A stretch of 64,000 nt of DNA, taken from assembly GCA_963674755.2 (NCBI GenBank), contig CAXXVS010000003.1:1024001-1088000 (forward strand), in the 5' to 3' direction. The DNA is from Desulfobacterales bacterium. Lineage in GTDB: Bacteria; Desulfobacterota; Desulfobacteria; Desulfobacterales; UBA5852. Under the pieces are notes generated by a model that did not search any database, had not been told where the DNA came from, and saw only the letters and a list, made by a program, of their open reading frames with translations. Positions 28,684-38,897 of this stretch are shown in pieces (position 1 is the first letter of the stretch; every line of letters starts with the position of its first letter). The position numbers and the translations under genes were made by a program.

Positions 28684-28781
28684 AGCAGCCGCCGGGCCGT
28701 TGGCCGGCAATGCCCGGAAGCGGGCGGCTTGCTTCCCCCCTCGGCGGTCGCGTCCCGGCGTTGGTGAGCCGATAGGCGAGG

Positions 28782-29423
28782 CTAACGACCCCCCTCGCTT
28801 TTTTCTCCAACCGCTTGGATTCCCGCCAACGAGAAATCGGCGATGTGGCATGCCAGCTGTCCAATCAACTCCGGCGTCAGCGGTTGCCCCAGCATGTACG
28901 CGAGGTCGTCGGCCTTGATGGTGATGATCATGCGGCACTGGTTGACAATGCTCATTTCGCAGAGCCGCAGGCGGAGATCATCGGCCCCGGACCCCATGAT
29001 GTCGCGGATGATGGCATGCAGCTCGCGGCGGCGGGGCTCGATGAGCTCATGCCAGGCGTCCTGGATCAATCCGGTCGGATTGACCATTTCCATCAGATAG
29101 AGGCGGCTGAAACGCTCCAAATCTCCCCCGGCGGTAAAATTCTGAATCAACGTTTGGATATACTGTCCCAGCCGCTTTTGCGGCGTGTCGCCGGCGGCAT
29201 CGTTCAGGGTCGGTTCTTCGAAGTTTTCCAGCGCATAGTGCCAAGCTTCTTTATAGAGATTTTCTTTGTTTCTGAAATAGTAGTTCACGGAGGCCACGTT
29301 GGCCCCGGCTTTTTTGCAGATATCGGCCACTTTGGCACGGCGATAGCCTTTTTCGGCAAATACGTCGCAGGCCGCCTGCAACAGTCGCTTGCGGGTTTCC
29401 CTGCCGTCTTCGCGCCTAGTCAT
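28782..29423 (-). CDS. TetR-family regulator (CerR/YbiH-like)
   Basis: TRKRLLQAACDVFAEKGY..ICKKAGANVASVNYYF.NKENLY; C-terminal HIADFSLAGI. Confidence 0.93.
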   Translation of the reverse strand: MTRREDGRETRKRLLQAACDVFAEKGYRRAKVADICKKAGANVASVNYYFRNKENLYKEAWHYALENFEEPTLNDAAGDTPQKRLGQYIQTLIQNFTAGGDLERFSRLYLMEMVNPTGLIQDAWHELIEPRRRELHAIIRDIMGSGADDLRLRLCEMSIVNQCRMIITIKADDLAYMLGQPLTPELIGQLACHIADFSLAGIQAVGEKSEGGR

Positions 29424-29471
29424 GAGAAACTCCCTTGGCTGTTCGTTCCCCGGGGAGGGGAACATCGGATT

Positions 29472-29548
29472 GCAAATGATTATTTAAAATTTATGATTGA
29501 AATACATATTTAAATCAACTAAGAATAGTATCTTAAATCGTCATTTAA
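29472..29548. promoter_or_regulatory. three TetR operator-like palindromes
   Basis: GCAAAT-GATT-ATTTAA (29472), TGAAAT-ACAT-ATTTAA (29498), TTAAAT-CGTC-ATTTAA (29533). Confidence 0.6.
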
Positions 29549-29625
29549 CTTAAAATGATGGCATATTTTTAATTATATCAGATTTCTAAATTCCTGTGCA
29601 CCTGAAGCAGAGAGGAAAATTTCCC

Positions 29626-30837
29626 ATGCGAACGCCAAGTCGAAAGCCTTTTAAGGCGTTTCTAGCGGTTACCGCCGTGTTTGCCGTGCTTCTGGCCGGC
29701 TGCCGGTCCGAGCAGCAGGGCGCCGCCGGTTCAGCTCCGGCCCCACAAGTGGCCGTGGTCACGGTCCAGGCCCAGCCCGTCCTGTTGACGACCGAACTGC
29801 CCGGGCGCACGTCGGCCTACCGCACGGCGGAAATCAGGCCCCAGGTCAGCGGTCTTTTAAAGAAGCGCCTTTTCAAGGAGGGCGCGGATGTGCAGGCGGG
29901 CGATGTGCTCTATCAGATCGATCCGGCGCCTTTCCAGGCGGCCCTTCGAAATGCCCAGGCCGCCCTGGGCCGCTCCCAGGCCAACCTGCCGGCTGTCCGG
30001 TCGCGGGTCGCCCGCTACGAAGAGCTGTTGGCCGACAAGGCCGTCAGCCAGCAGGAATACGATGATGCCGCCTCTGTCCTGCGTCAGACGGAAGCCGATA
30101 TCGCCTATGGCAAAGCCTCCGTGGATACGGCCCGCATCAATCTGGCCTATACCCGTATCATAGCGCCCATTTCAGGCCGTATCGGTCGATCCCATGTCAC
30201 CGAAGGGGCCATCCTCACCGCCTATCAACCCCAGGCGCTCGCCACCATCCAGCAATTAGATCCCATCTATGTCGATGTGCCCCAATCCACCACGGAACTG
30301 CTGCGTCTCAAACAGCGCCTGGCCGGCGGCCTTCTCAATCAGGACGGCAGCGATCAGCGAAAAGTGACCCTCCGGCTGGAGGATGGAACCGCCTACCCTC
30401 TGGAAGGCACCCTGCAGTTCCGGGGCGTCGCCGTGGATGCGAGCACCGGATCCGTTGTTATCAGGGCGATCTTCCCCAATCCGAACGGTTATCTGCTGCC
30501 GAACATGTTTGTGCGGGCGGTGATGAAGGAGGGCGTCGATGAAAAAGCCCTCATGATTCCCCAGCAGGCCGTTTCCCGCGACCCCAAAGGCAATCCGCTG
30601 GCCCTTATCGTGGATGCCGATGGCAAGGTGCAGCAGCACCCGCTTTCGATCGATCGCGCTATCAAGGATCAATGGCTGGTGGCTTCCGGACTGGCTCCGG
30701 GCGACCGGATCATCGTTGAAGGTCTCCAAAATGTGCGTCCGGGAATGTCCGTGCGCACTGTGCCCTTCGAACCCGGTGCCCCACAAGGGCCGGCAACATC
30801 CACGGGTGGGGGGCAAACCACCCCCAGCGCGAACTGA
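29626..30837 (+). CDS. RND efflux membrane-fusion lipoprotein (AcrA/MexA-like)
   Basis: LLAGC lipobox, ELPGRT..AEIRPQVSG, APISGRIG, QLDPIYVD. Confidence 0.95.
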   Translation: MRTPSRKPFKAFLAVTAVFAVLLAGCRSEQQGAAGSAPAPQVAVVTVQAQPVLLTTELPGRTSAYRTAEIRPQVSGLLKKRLFKEGADVQAGDVLYQIDPAPFQAALRNAQAALGRSQANLPAVRSRVARYEELLADKAVSQQEYDDAASVLRQTEADIAYGKASVDTARINLAYTRIIAPISGRIGRSHVTEGAILTAYQPQALATIQQLDPIYVDVPQSTTELLRLKQRLAGGLLNQDGSDQRKVTLRLEDGTAYPLEGTLQFRGVAVDASTGSVVIRAIFPNPNGYLLPNMFVRAVMKEGVDEKALMIPQQAVSRDPKGNPLALIVDADGKVQQHPLSIDRAIKDQWLVASGLAPGDRIIVEGLQNVRPGMSVRTVPFEPGAPQGPATSTGGGQTTPSAN

Positions 30838-30849
30838 CGGAGGCGTCTG

Positions 30850-33800
30850 ATGTTATCCAAATTTTTTCTGGACCGCCCCGTCTTTGCCTGGGTCATCGCC
30901 ATCGTGATGATGGTGGCGGGCGGGCTTGCCATCTACAACCTGCCCATTTCACAGTATCCGCCCATCGCGCCGCCCTCCATCGCCATTGAAGCCTTCTATC
31001 CCGGGGCTTCGGCGGAAACGGTGGAAAACAGCGTGACCCAGATCATCGAACAGAAAATGACCGGCTTCGATGACATGCTCTATCTCTCGGCCACCAGCGA
31101 TTCTTCCGGCGCCGGACGGGTCGAGCTGACCTTTGCGCCGGGCACCGATCCGGACCTGGCCTGGGCCAAGGTGCAGAACAAACTTCAGCTGGCCATGGCC
31201 AGCCTGCCCGAGGTGGTGCAGCGTCAAGGGGTCAAGGTCAGCAAGTCCACCCGCAACTACCTGATGATCGTGGGCCTGGTTTCCGAAGATGGCAGTATGG
31301 ACGGTAACGACCTGCGGGATTATGCCCAATCCACCCTGGAGAAGGTGCTGGCCCGGGTGCCCGGCGTGGGGGAGGTGAACACCTTCGGCTCCCAGTACGC
31401 CATGCGGGTTTGGCTCAACCCGGACAAGCTCAGGGATTACCACCTGACCATTGAAGATGTGCAAACCGCCCTGCGGGCGTATAATGTGGAGATCTCGGCC
31501 GGACAGTTCGGCGGAGCGCCGGCCGAAAAAGGCCAGCGCCTGAACGCCTCCATTATCGTCCAGAACCTGCTCAAAACGCCGGAGGAGTTCGCCGCCATTC
31601 CGCTGCGCATCAACCCGGACGGTTCCATCGTGCGGATCAGGGATGTGGGCCGCACCGAACTGGGCACCGAGCGGTACGATGTGGAAGCCCGGCATAACGG
31701 CCGGCCGGCCGGTGGACTGGCGATCCGGCAGTCCGCCGGCGCCAACGCCCTGGCCACGGCTAACGCCATCCGGGCCAAGCTCGATGAAATGAGCGCCTTT
31801 TTCCCGCCGGGCATGAAGGTCGTCTATCCTTACGACACCACGCCGTTTGTTCAAGTGGCGATCGATGAGGTCGTCAAGACCCTGTTCGAGGCCGTCGTGC
31901 TGGTCTTTCTGGTGATGTACCTGTTCATGGGCACCATCCGGGCGACCCTGATCCCGACCATCGCCGTGCCGGTGGTGCTTCTGGGGACCTTTGCCACATT
32001 GGGGCTGTTCGGGTTTTCCATCAACATGCTGACCATGTTCGCCATGGTGCTGGCCATCGGGCTTTTGGTGGACGATGCCATCGTGGTGGTGGAAAACGTG
32101 GAGCGCATCATGAGCGAAGAGGGGCTGCCGCCCAAGGAAGCCACCGCCAAGTCCATGGACCAGATTACCAGCGCTCTGATCGGCATCGGACTGGTGCTCT
32201 CGGCCGTCTTCGGCCCCATGGCGTTTTTCCCCGGTTCTACGGGCGTGATCTACCGCCAGTTCTCCATTACCATTATCGCCGCCATGCTTTTATCGGTTTT
32301 GGTGGCCCTGATCCTGACCCCGGTGCTCTGTGCCTCCCTGCTCAAGCCGGTGGCAGCGGGCCACGAACCGGCGGACGGGGCCGTCTTTTTCATGCGCCCT
32401 TTCTTCCGGTGGTTCGACCGGACCTTTTTTCATGCCCGGGAACTGTACCTGAAGTTGGTGGGCCACTCCCTGCGCCGCAAGCTGAGGTATCTGGTCGTAT
32501 TCGTTCTGATCGTAGTGGCGATGGGGGTTTTGTTCCAACGTATGCCTACCGCCTACCTGCCGGATGAAGACCAGGGCGTGCTCTACGTCCAGGCCATGCT
32601 GCCGTCCAATGCCACTTTGGAGCAGACCGAAGCGGTGCTGGGGAGAGTGCGGGAGTATTTGTTGGAGAATGAAAAGGATGCGGTGCAGTCGATAATGACC
32701 GTCTCCGGCTTTAGTTTCAGCGGCCAGGGACAAAATGCCGGGCTGGCCTTCGTCAAACTCCGGGATTGGGATCTGCGGAAACGGCCGGACCTGAAAGTCG
32801 GCCCCATCGCCGGTAGGGCCATGCGGTTTTTTGCGACCATCCGCAATGCCCGGGTTTTTGCCTTCCCGCCCCCGGCCGTGGTGGAGCTGGGCCAGGCCAA
32901 CGGCTTCGATTTCGAGTTACTGGATCGTGGCGGAATCGGCCATGCCAACCTAATGGCGGCCCGCAACCAACTTCTGGGTTTGGCCGCCCAGGACCCGCGC
33001 CTGACCCGGGTGCGTCCCAACGGCCTGGAAGACGTGCCCCAGTACCGGATCGACGTGGACTGGGAGAAGGCCGGCGCTCTGGGGGTGCCCATCGCCTCTA
33101 TTCACAACACCATCTCAGCGGCTTTCGGCAGCGCCTATGTCAACGATTTTATCCAGTCGGGTCGCGTCAAGCGGGTCTACATCCAGGCGGACGCGCCTTT
33201 CCGCATGCTGCCCGGCGACCTGGAAAAGCTTTACGTCCGCAACACGGCTGGTAAAATGGTGCCCTTTGCCTCCTTTGCCTCCGGGCACTGGACATCCGGT
33301 TCCCCCAAGCTGGAGCGGTTCAACGGTTTTCCGGCCATGAATATCTGGGGTGAAGCCGCACCGGGCAAAAGCTCCGGTGAAGCCATGCAGGCCATGGAAG
33401 AGGCGGTCAACAAGCTGCCACGCGGCGTGGGCTATGACTGGACAGGTTTGTCCTACCAGGAACGCATGGCCGGCTCCCAGGCGCCGCTGCTCTATGCGTT
33501 CTCGATCCTGGTGATCTTTCTGTGCCTGGCGGCCCTCTACGAGAGCTGGCCCATCCCTATTTCCATCCTGCTGACCCTGCCCCTGGGGGCGATCGGCGGC
33601 GTGATCGCCACGACGCTGATGGGGATGCCCAACGACGTTTACTTTCAGATCGGATTGCTGACGATCCTGGGGCTGACCACCAAGAATGCCATCCTGATCG
33701 TGCAGTTCGCCCGGGCCCGGGTGGACGAGGGCATGCGTCTGACCGAAGCCACCCTGGAAGGGGCCAAACTGCGGCTGCGGCCCATCGTCATGACGTCGCT

Positions 33801-34011
33801 GGCTTTCGGCTTTGGGGTATTGCCTCTGGCGCTAGCGAATGGGGCCGGGGCGGGTGCTCAGCGCGCCATCGGCATCGGCGTCGTGGGCGGGGTGGTGACC
33901 TCCACCTTCCTGGTAACCCTTTTTGCACCGCTTTTTTATGTGTTGATCTACAAGGCGCTCGGGCGGCACCGCAAGCGGGAACGCAGTCACCGTGCCGATT
34001 CGCCCAGCTAA
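30850..34011 (+). CDS. HAE1 RND efflux transporter (AcrB/MexB-like)
   Basis: FFLDRPVFAWVIA, GLLVDDAIVVVENVER, KNAILIV, RLRPIVMTS. Confidence 0.97.
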   Translation: MLSKFFLDRPVFAWVIAIVMMVAGGLAIYNLPISQYPPIAPPSIAIEAFYPGASAETVENSVTQIIEQKMTGFDDMLYLSATSDSSGAGRVELTFAPGTDPDLAWAKVQNKLQLAMASLPEVVQRQGVKVSKSTRNYLMIVGLVSEDGSMDGNDLRDYAQSTLEKVLARVPGVGEVNTFGSQYAMRVWLNPDKLRDYHLTIEDVQTALRAYNVEISAGQFGGAPAEKGQRLNASIIVQNLLKTPEEFAAIPLRINPDGSIVRIRDVGRTELGTERYDVEARHNGRPAGGLAIRQSAGANALATANAIRAKLDEMSAFFPPGMKVVYPYDTTPFVQVAIDEVVKTLFEAVVLVFLVMYLFMGTIRATLIPTIAVPVVLLGTFATLGLFGFSINMLTMFAMVLAIGLLVDDAIVVVENVERIMSEEGLPPKEATAKSMDQITSALIGIGLVLSAVFGPMAFFPGSTGVIYRQFSITIIAAMLLSVLVALILTPVLCASLLKPVAAGHEPADGAVFFMRPFFRWFDRTFFHARELYLKLVGHSLRRKLRYLVVFVLIVVAMGVLFQRMPTAYLPDEDQGVLYVQAMLPSNATLEQTEAVLGRVREYLLENEKDAVQSIMTVSGFSFSGQGQNAGLAFVKLRDWDLRKRPDLKVGPIAGRAMRFFATIRNARVFAFPPPAVVELGQANGFDFELLDRGGIGHANLMAARNQLLGLAAQDPRLTRVRPNGLEDVPQYRIDVDWEKAGALGVPIASIHNTISAAFGSAYVNDFIQSGRVKRVYIQADAPFRMLPGDLEKLYVRNTAGKMVPFASFASGHWTSGSPKLERFNGFPAMNIWGEAAPGKSSGEAMQAMEEAVNKLPRGVGYDWTGLSYQERMAGSQAPLLYAFSILVIFLCLAALYESWPIPISILLTLPLGAIGGVIATTLMGMPNDVYFQIGLLTILGLTTKNAILIVQFARARVDEGMRLTEATLEGAKLRLRPIVMTSLAFGFGVLPLALANGAGAGAQRAIGIGVVGGVVTSTFLVTLFAPLFYVLIYKALGRHRKRERSHRADSPS

Positions 34012-34024
34012 AGGAATTCTTCGT

Positions 34025-35437
34025 ATGTTCATCAAACGTCTCTTCTTACTGCTGGGGATGGGGGGCATTTTGGCCGGCTGCACCCTGGCACCGACCTATA
34101 CGCGGCCCGAAGCGCCGGTACCCCCCACCTGGCCTACCGGTCCGGCCTATCAGGCACCCCAGGCGCAGGAAGCGCCGGATGTGAGCGCCTTGGCCTGGCG
34201 GGAGTTTTTTACGGATGCGTCTCTGCAGCAGTTGATCGCGGCGGCGCTGGAGAACAACCGCGATCTCCGGATTGCGGCCTTGAACGTGCAACGGTCCCGG
34301 GCTGTCTACGGCATTCAGCGGGCCGCCCTTTTTCCCTCCCTGGACGCCGCCGCCACCGGGACCAAAAAGCGGGTGCCGGCGGATATTTCATCCACAGGGG
34401 AGCGCTACACCCAGGAACAATACGACGTTAACCTGGGGGTCTATGCTTGGGAGATCGATTTTTTCGGCCGTCTGCGCAGCCTGAAAGACCAGGCCTTGGA
34501 AGCCTATCTGGCAACGGAGGAGGCCCGTCGGAGTGCCCAGATCCTGCTCATTTCGTCGGTGGGGGAGACCTATCTGGCGCTGGCGGCGGACCGGGAGGCC
34601 CTCAAGCTGACCCAGCGTACGCTCGAAGCCCAGAAAAAAACCTATGCATTGGTAAAACGCCGTTATGACGTGGGCCTGGCGACCCTGTTGGATCTCAACT
34701 ATGCCCAAACCCAGGTGGATGTCGCCCGGCGCGACCGGGCCATCTATACCCAGCGTGTGGCCCAGGACGAAAATGCCCTGAACCTCCTGGTGGGAACGCC
34801 TTCTCCCTTGTCAAGCGCGCTCCTGCCGGAGGATCTGGCCAATGTCGAACCCCTGCAAACTCTTGATGCCGGCTTATCCTCGGAAGTGCTCCTGCGCCGT
34901 CCCGACATTTTGCAGGCGGAGCATGTGCTCAAGGGCACGTATGCCAACATCGGCGCCGCCCGCGCGGCCCTCTTCCCCAGGATTTCGCTGACCACCACGG
35001 TGGGAACGGCCAGCGCCGAGCTCTCGGGGCTTTTCGACGCCGGCTCCGGCACGTGGTTGTTCGCCCCTCAGATCGCCATGCCGATTTTCGATGCCCGGCT
35101 TTGGTCGGCCCTGGATGTTACCAAGGCCGAACAGGAAATCGCTGTGGCACAATATGAAAAAACCATCCAGACGGCTTTCCGGGAAGTGGCCGACACACTT
35201 GCCGTCCAGGGTACGGTGGACGAACAGCTGGCCGCCCAGCAATCTCTGGTCCGGGCCACCGCTGAAACCTATCGCCTTTCGGAAGCCCGCTATACCAAAG
35301 GGATCGACAATTATCTGGGGGTATTAGTGGCCCAGCGATCGTTATTTGCGGCCCAGCAGGGACTTGTCGCCTTGAACCTGGCCCAACGTGCCAACCGGAT
35401 CCGGCTTTATGCGGTGCTGGGGGGCGGGGCCCAATAA
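34025..35437 (+). CDS. outer-membrane efflux lipoprotein (OprM/NodT family)
   Basis: ILAGC lipobox, ALENNRDLR, WEIDFFGR, RRPDI, LYAVLGGG. Confidence 0.95.
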   Translation: MFIKRLFLLLGMGGILAGCTLAPTYTRPEAPVPPTWPTGPAYQAPQAQEAPDVSALAWREFFTDASLQQLIAAALENNRDLRIAALNVQRSRAVYGIQRAALFPSLDAAATGTKKRVPADISSTGERYTQEQYDVNLGVYAWEIDFFGRLRSLKDQALEAYLATEEARRSAQILLISSVGETYLALAADREALKLTQRTLEAQKKTYALVKRRYDVGLATLLDLNYAQTQVDVARRDRAIYTQRVAQDENALNLLVGTPSPLSSALLPEDLANVEPLQTLDAGLSSEVLLRRPDILQAEHVLKGTYANIGAARAALFPRISLTTTVGTASAELSGLFDAGSGTWLFAPQIAMPIFDARLWSALDVTKAEQEIAVAQYEKTIQTAFREVADTLAVQGTVDEQLAAQQSLVRATAETYRLSEARYTKGIDNYLGVLVAQRSLFAAQQGLVALNLAQRANRIRLYAVLGGGAQ

Positions 35438-35555
35438 GGCTTTCGGGCAAGGCCGGCCGCCGGTCGGCCATCCCCATGATTTGCCGTCCATGCGCGGTGC
35501 GGTGGTGGTGACGTCAGGCGCTTCCGGCCGGGGCTTTGAAGATGGAGTTGACGCG

Positions 35556-36236
35556 ATGGCGGACAAAGGAAAATTGCTAAAACGCGATACCAAAACGCGT
35601 ATTCTGGACGCCGCTGAAATCCTGTTTGCGGAAAACGGTTTCAAGGACACCTCGATTTATCGCCTGGCACGCGAAGCCCGTGTCAACCAAGCAGCGGTCA
35701 ACTACCATTTTGGCTCCAAGGATGCCCTGGTCGAAAAAGTCATCGAGCGGCGGCTGTCCATGATCAGCCAACGTCGCATGGAAAACCTGAGGCAGATCAA
35801 AGCGGCGGCCCGGCAGCAGGACCGACGCCCTGAAGTACATGCCCTTTTGCGGGCTTACATCGAGCCCGCCCTGACCTTGACGGAGATGACGGCTGGTGAG
35901 CGGCATTTCCTGGTCATCGTGGGCCGGGCTCTGGCGGAGCCGGATGAGGCCATTCGCAATATTTTCATCCGCCAGTTCGAGCCGTCCTTTTTGCTGCTGG
36001 CCGATTTGATGCAAAGCGCACTGCCCGAACTTTCGGAGTCGGTTCTGCGCTGGCGGCTGCATTTTGCCATTGGTTCCCTCTCCCATGTCATGCGACTGTG
36101 CGGCAGCCAATGGCCGGTCGAGGATTTAGAGCCCAATGCCGCTGATACCGAAACCGTCGTGAAGATGTTGATTACCTTTTTGACGGAAGGCATGACGGCC
36201 CTGGAGGCCGACGAGGATCCGCGTCTGTCCGCTTAA
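35556..36236 (+). CDS. TetR-family regulator
   Basis: TKTRILDAAEILFAENGF..VNQAAVNYHFGSKDAL. Confidence 0.93.
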   Translation: MADKGKLLKRDTKTRILDAAEILFAENGFKDTSIYRLAREARVNQAAVNYHFGSKDALVEKVIERRLSMISQRRMENLRQIKAAARQQDRRPEVHALLRAYIEPALTLTEMTAGERHFLVIVGRALAEPDEAIRNIFIRQFEPSFLLLADLMQSALPELSESVLRWRLHFAIGSLSHVMRLCGSQWPVEDLEPNAADTETVVKMLITFLTEGMTALEADEDPRLSA

Positions 36237-36322
36237 ACACCCGACAGCCATGCCCATGCGGCGTAGCAAGGTGTCTGCCAGGCGCTGTCGCGACGGCATC
36301 CTTGCACGGCCGACCCCCGCCC

Positions 36323-36934
36323 TTAGCCCTCCGTTTCGAACCTTTCGATATTTTCCCCTTTCTTGATGAATTCCGCCACGGCGGCAAACGCCCGTTCATA
36401 AGCTTCCATGACATGGTTCATCCGGTCGCACATGGGGTCGTTGGATCCCAGTTCCTTTTCCATGTCCACATACATTTTGCGGCCGTCCCTCAGATGGCGT
36501 TCCATCTTGGCGAGCAGAATTTTTCTTGCGCTATGGCGGACTTGTTCCTTCTGGATAAGCGGCATCAGGTGGCGTACCGACGTCTCCACCAGCAGGTCGC
36601 GGGAAAGCTCCAGGTTGCGGGCGGCCTCATCGAGAGCAAGGGCCGCATCGCGGCTGATTACATACGTCTTGGTAACACGCGGCGAATCGTCAGTCCGGAC
36701 ACTGTTGGCCTGGGCCGCGATCGCTTCCAGGGTTTTGGGTTCCTGGACCATGTGGTCGAACAGGGATTTAGGTTTGAGCCGAAGGTGCGCCCCCAGGATG
36801 TTCATGGCTTCGATGCAATTGGGTGTCAACTTAAAGGCCACGCGAATGGATTGCCGCCCCCTCAAATCAGTGGCGGACGCTTTGGGGATAAGCGCTAACG
36901 GATTGATGGCGGAAGGCTTGGTTTTCTCGCTCAC
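36323..36934 (-). CDS. hypothetical protein with two ribbon-helix-helix-like segments
   Basis: RQSIRVAFKLTPNCIEAMNIL..KPKSLFDHMV and RVTKTYVISRDAALALDEAA..SRDLLVETSV, followed by a helical tail. Confidence 0.65.
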   Translation of the reverse strand: MSEKTKPSAINPLALIPKASATDLRGRQSIRVAFKLTPNCIEAMNILGAHLRLKPKSLFDHMVQEPKTLEAIAAQANSVRTDDSPRVTKTYVISRDAALALDEAARNLELSRDLLVETSVRHLMPLIQKEQVRHSARKILLAKMERHLRDGRKMYVDMEKELGSNDPMCDRMNHVMEAYERAFAAVAEFIKKGENIERFETEG

Positions 36935-37116
36935 AGGTTTCGCTCCACAATGGGTTTCAGTCTATATTACTTATATATAATAAACCTTTTTCATAATGCA
37001 ATATAAAAGAAATTTATAATATTGACATGTATGAAATCAGGTTTAATTTTCTTATGAAATGAGAAGAACGAAGATAGTGAATGGCGATAATGACAAACAA
37101 TAAGGAGGACTTAGCC

Positions 37117-37578
37117 ATGATTTATCGCAGCATGTTTGGTTTGCCGACATGGAGAGTTCAAAGCCCCTTCGATGAATTTGACCGCATCCGGCGCCAGATG
37201 GACCGGTTGAGCGAAGCCTTCAGCGGCGGCCGTCCCGGCCAGGCAACGGCAGGTGTTTTCCCGCTCGTAAATTTGACCGAGGATCAGGAAAACTATTACG
37301 TCCGCGCCGAGCTTCCCGGCCTCAAGGCCGATGAATTGGACATCCAGGTCACGGCCAACAGCCTGTCCCTTTCGGGTGAACGCAAAATTGCCGAGGAGGG
37401 CAACGGCGTCAAATACCACCGGCGTGAACGCGAAGGCGGCCGCTTTTCGCGCATGTTGACCCTGCCCGGGGATATCGATGCCGAAAAAGTCGAAGCCGAC
37501 CTGGTGAACGGAGTCCTGGCGATCAAGATCGCCAAGGCCGAAGCGGCCAAACCCAAACAGATTTCGGTTCGCCAGTAA
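37117..37578 (+). CDS. Hsp20/alpha-crystallin small heat-shock protein
   Basis: FPLVNL, AELPG, LSGERK, RRER..G.FSR, NGVL; AAGGAGG RBS. Confidence 0.95.
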   Translation: MIYRSMFGLPTWRVQSPFDEFDRIRRQMDRLSEAFSGGRPGQATAGVFPLVNLTEDQENYYVRAELPGLKADELDIQVTANSLSLSGERKIAEEGNGVKYHRREREGGRFSRMLTLPGDIDAEKVEADLVNGVLAIKIAKAEAAKPKQISVRQ

Positions 37579-37606
37579 GGAAGACATCAGGAAAGGAGGC
37601 GCTCAA

Positions 37607-38017
37607 ATGGCTGCCATGGAAAACAAGGAAATCAAAGTGCGTGAAAAGCAGGAGGTCGCTCCGCCGGCCGAACAAACGCGCCCCGGAATCTATTTCACGC
37701 CGAGCGTGGATATCTTCGAAACGGAAAAAGAAATTACGCTGCTGGCGGACATGCCGGGGGTTACGGCGGAAGATCTGGTGATCGATCTGCGCGACAACAC
37801 CCTGACCCTGGAAGGCGACATTGCGTCTGCCGGGGATTCCAAGGAGGAACCCATTTACGAGGAGTACAACACCGGACGGTTTTTCCGCCAGTTCTCCCTC
37901 TCGGAGATGATCGATCAGAGCAAGATCGACGCGCAACTCAACGACGGTGTGCTGCGTCTGTCGCTGCCGAAAGTTGAAAAAGCCACACCGCGCAAGATCA
38001 CGGTGCGGGCATCATAA
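37607..38017 (+). CDS. Hsp20 small heat-shock protein
   Basis: PSVDIFE, ADMPGV, FFRQFSL, DGVLRLSLPK. Confidence 0.95.
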   Translation: MAAMENKEIKVREKQEVAPPAEQTRPGIYFTPSVDIFETEKEITLLADMPGVTAEDLVIDLRDNTLTLEGDIASAGDSKEEPIYEEYNTGRFFRQFSLSEMIDQSKIDAQLNDGVLRLSLPKVEKATPRKITVRAS

Positions 38018-38150
38018 GGTTGTTACCCTGCGGCCGGCGGACGTCGATGTCATCTGCCGGCCGCTGGCACGTCAGGCCTCTATATGATGGGCCGGCATCT
38101 GCGGCGGCCTGCCGTGGCGAGATTTTAATCCTCATCCCGGAGGTCGGCTG

Positions 38151-38807
38151 ATGCCGAGGGATTATTACATGGTGTTGGGTGTTGAACGCGGAGCGGATCT
38201 ATCCCAGATCAAACACGCCTACCGCCGCGCCATCAAACGCTATCACCCGGACCACTTCGGCACGGGCATCGGCCCGGATAAATTTCTGGCGGCGCAGGAA
38301 GCCTACGAAGTCCTCTCGGACAGGAATCGGCGCCGTGCCTACGATGCCGAGGTCAAACGGGAGGGCATCCCCGTGCACATCACCAATGTGCGCGAAACCC
38401 TCCGGCGCCACCACCAGGGATGGGGTAATTTCCGGGAGACACGATCGCCACCGGACGATTTTTGCGCGGGTAGGCGGCCGGCGTTTTTTCGCCAGCGCAT
38501 CAGACCTGCATCGATTCCCAAAGACGTATACCTGGAAGTGGTTTTGGCACCGGAGGAAGCACGGCGCGGAGGGATATTCCCGGTTGCCGTGCCGGTCTTC
38601 GAGCCATGCCCCGCTTGCGCCCGGAGCGATTGGCAGGGGCATTTTTACTGTCCGGCGTGCCGGGGCTACGGAGTGCTCCGATCCCGTCGGGAGTTCAAGC
38701 TGACCATTCCCCCGGGCGTGACCGACGGCACGACGGCCGAAGTGTCACTGACCGACGCGGGACTGCCCGCAGGGCGGCTTCTTATCGATATCAGGGTGGA
38801 AGGCTGA
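38151..38807 (+). CDS. short DnaJ-domain protein
   Basis: DYYMVLGV..YHPD..EAYEVLSD; one CxxC/CxxCxGxG pair; IPPGV. Confidence 0.88.
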   Translation: MPRDYYMVLGVERGADLSQIKHAYRRAIKRYHPDHFGTGIGPDKFLAAQEAYEVLSDRNRRRAYDAEVKREGIPVHITNVRETLRRHHQGWGNFRETRSPPDDFCAGRRPAFFRQRIRPASIPKDVYLEVVLAPEEARRGGIFPVAVPVFEPCPACARSDWQGHFYCPACRGYGVLRSRREFKLTIPPGVTDGTTAEVSLTDAGLPAGRLLIDIRVEG

Positions 38808-38897
38808 CCGATCGGGCTGGAAGAGAGGGAAGGTATTGCCCCGCTGATGATGCCACGGGAGACTTGACCAGCGGTCTGTGGCCAAACAGGTTTCGTT

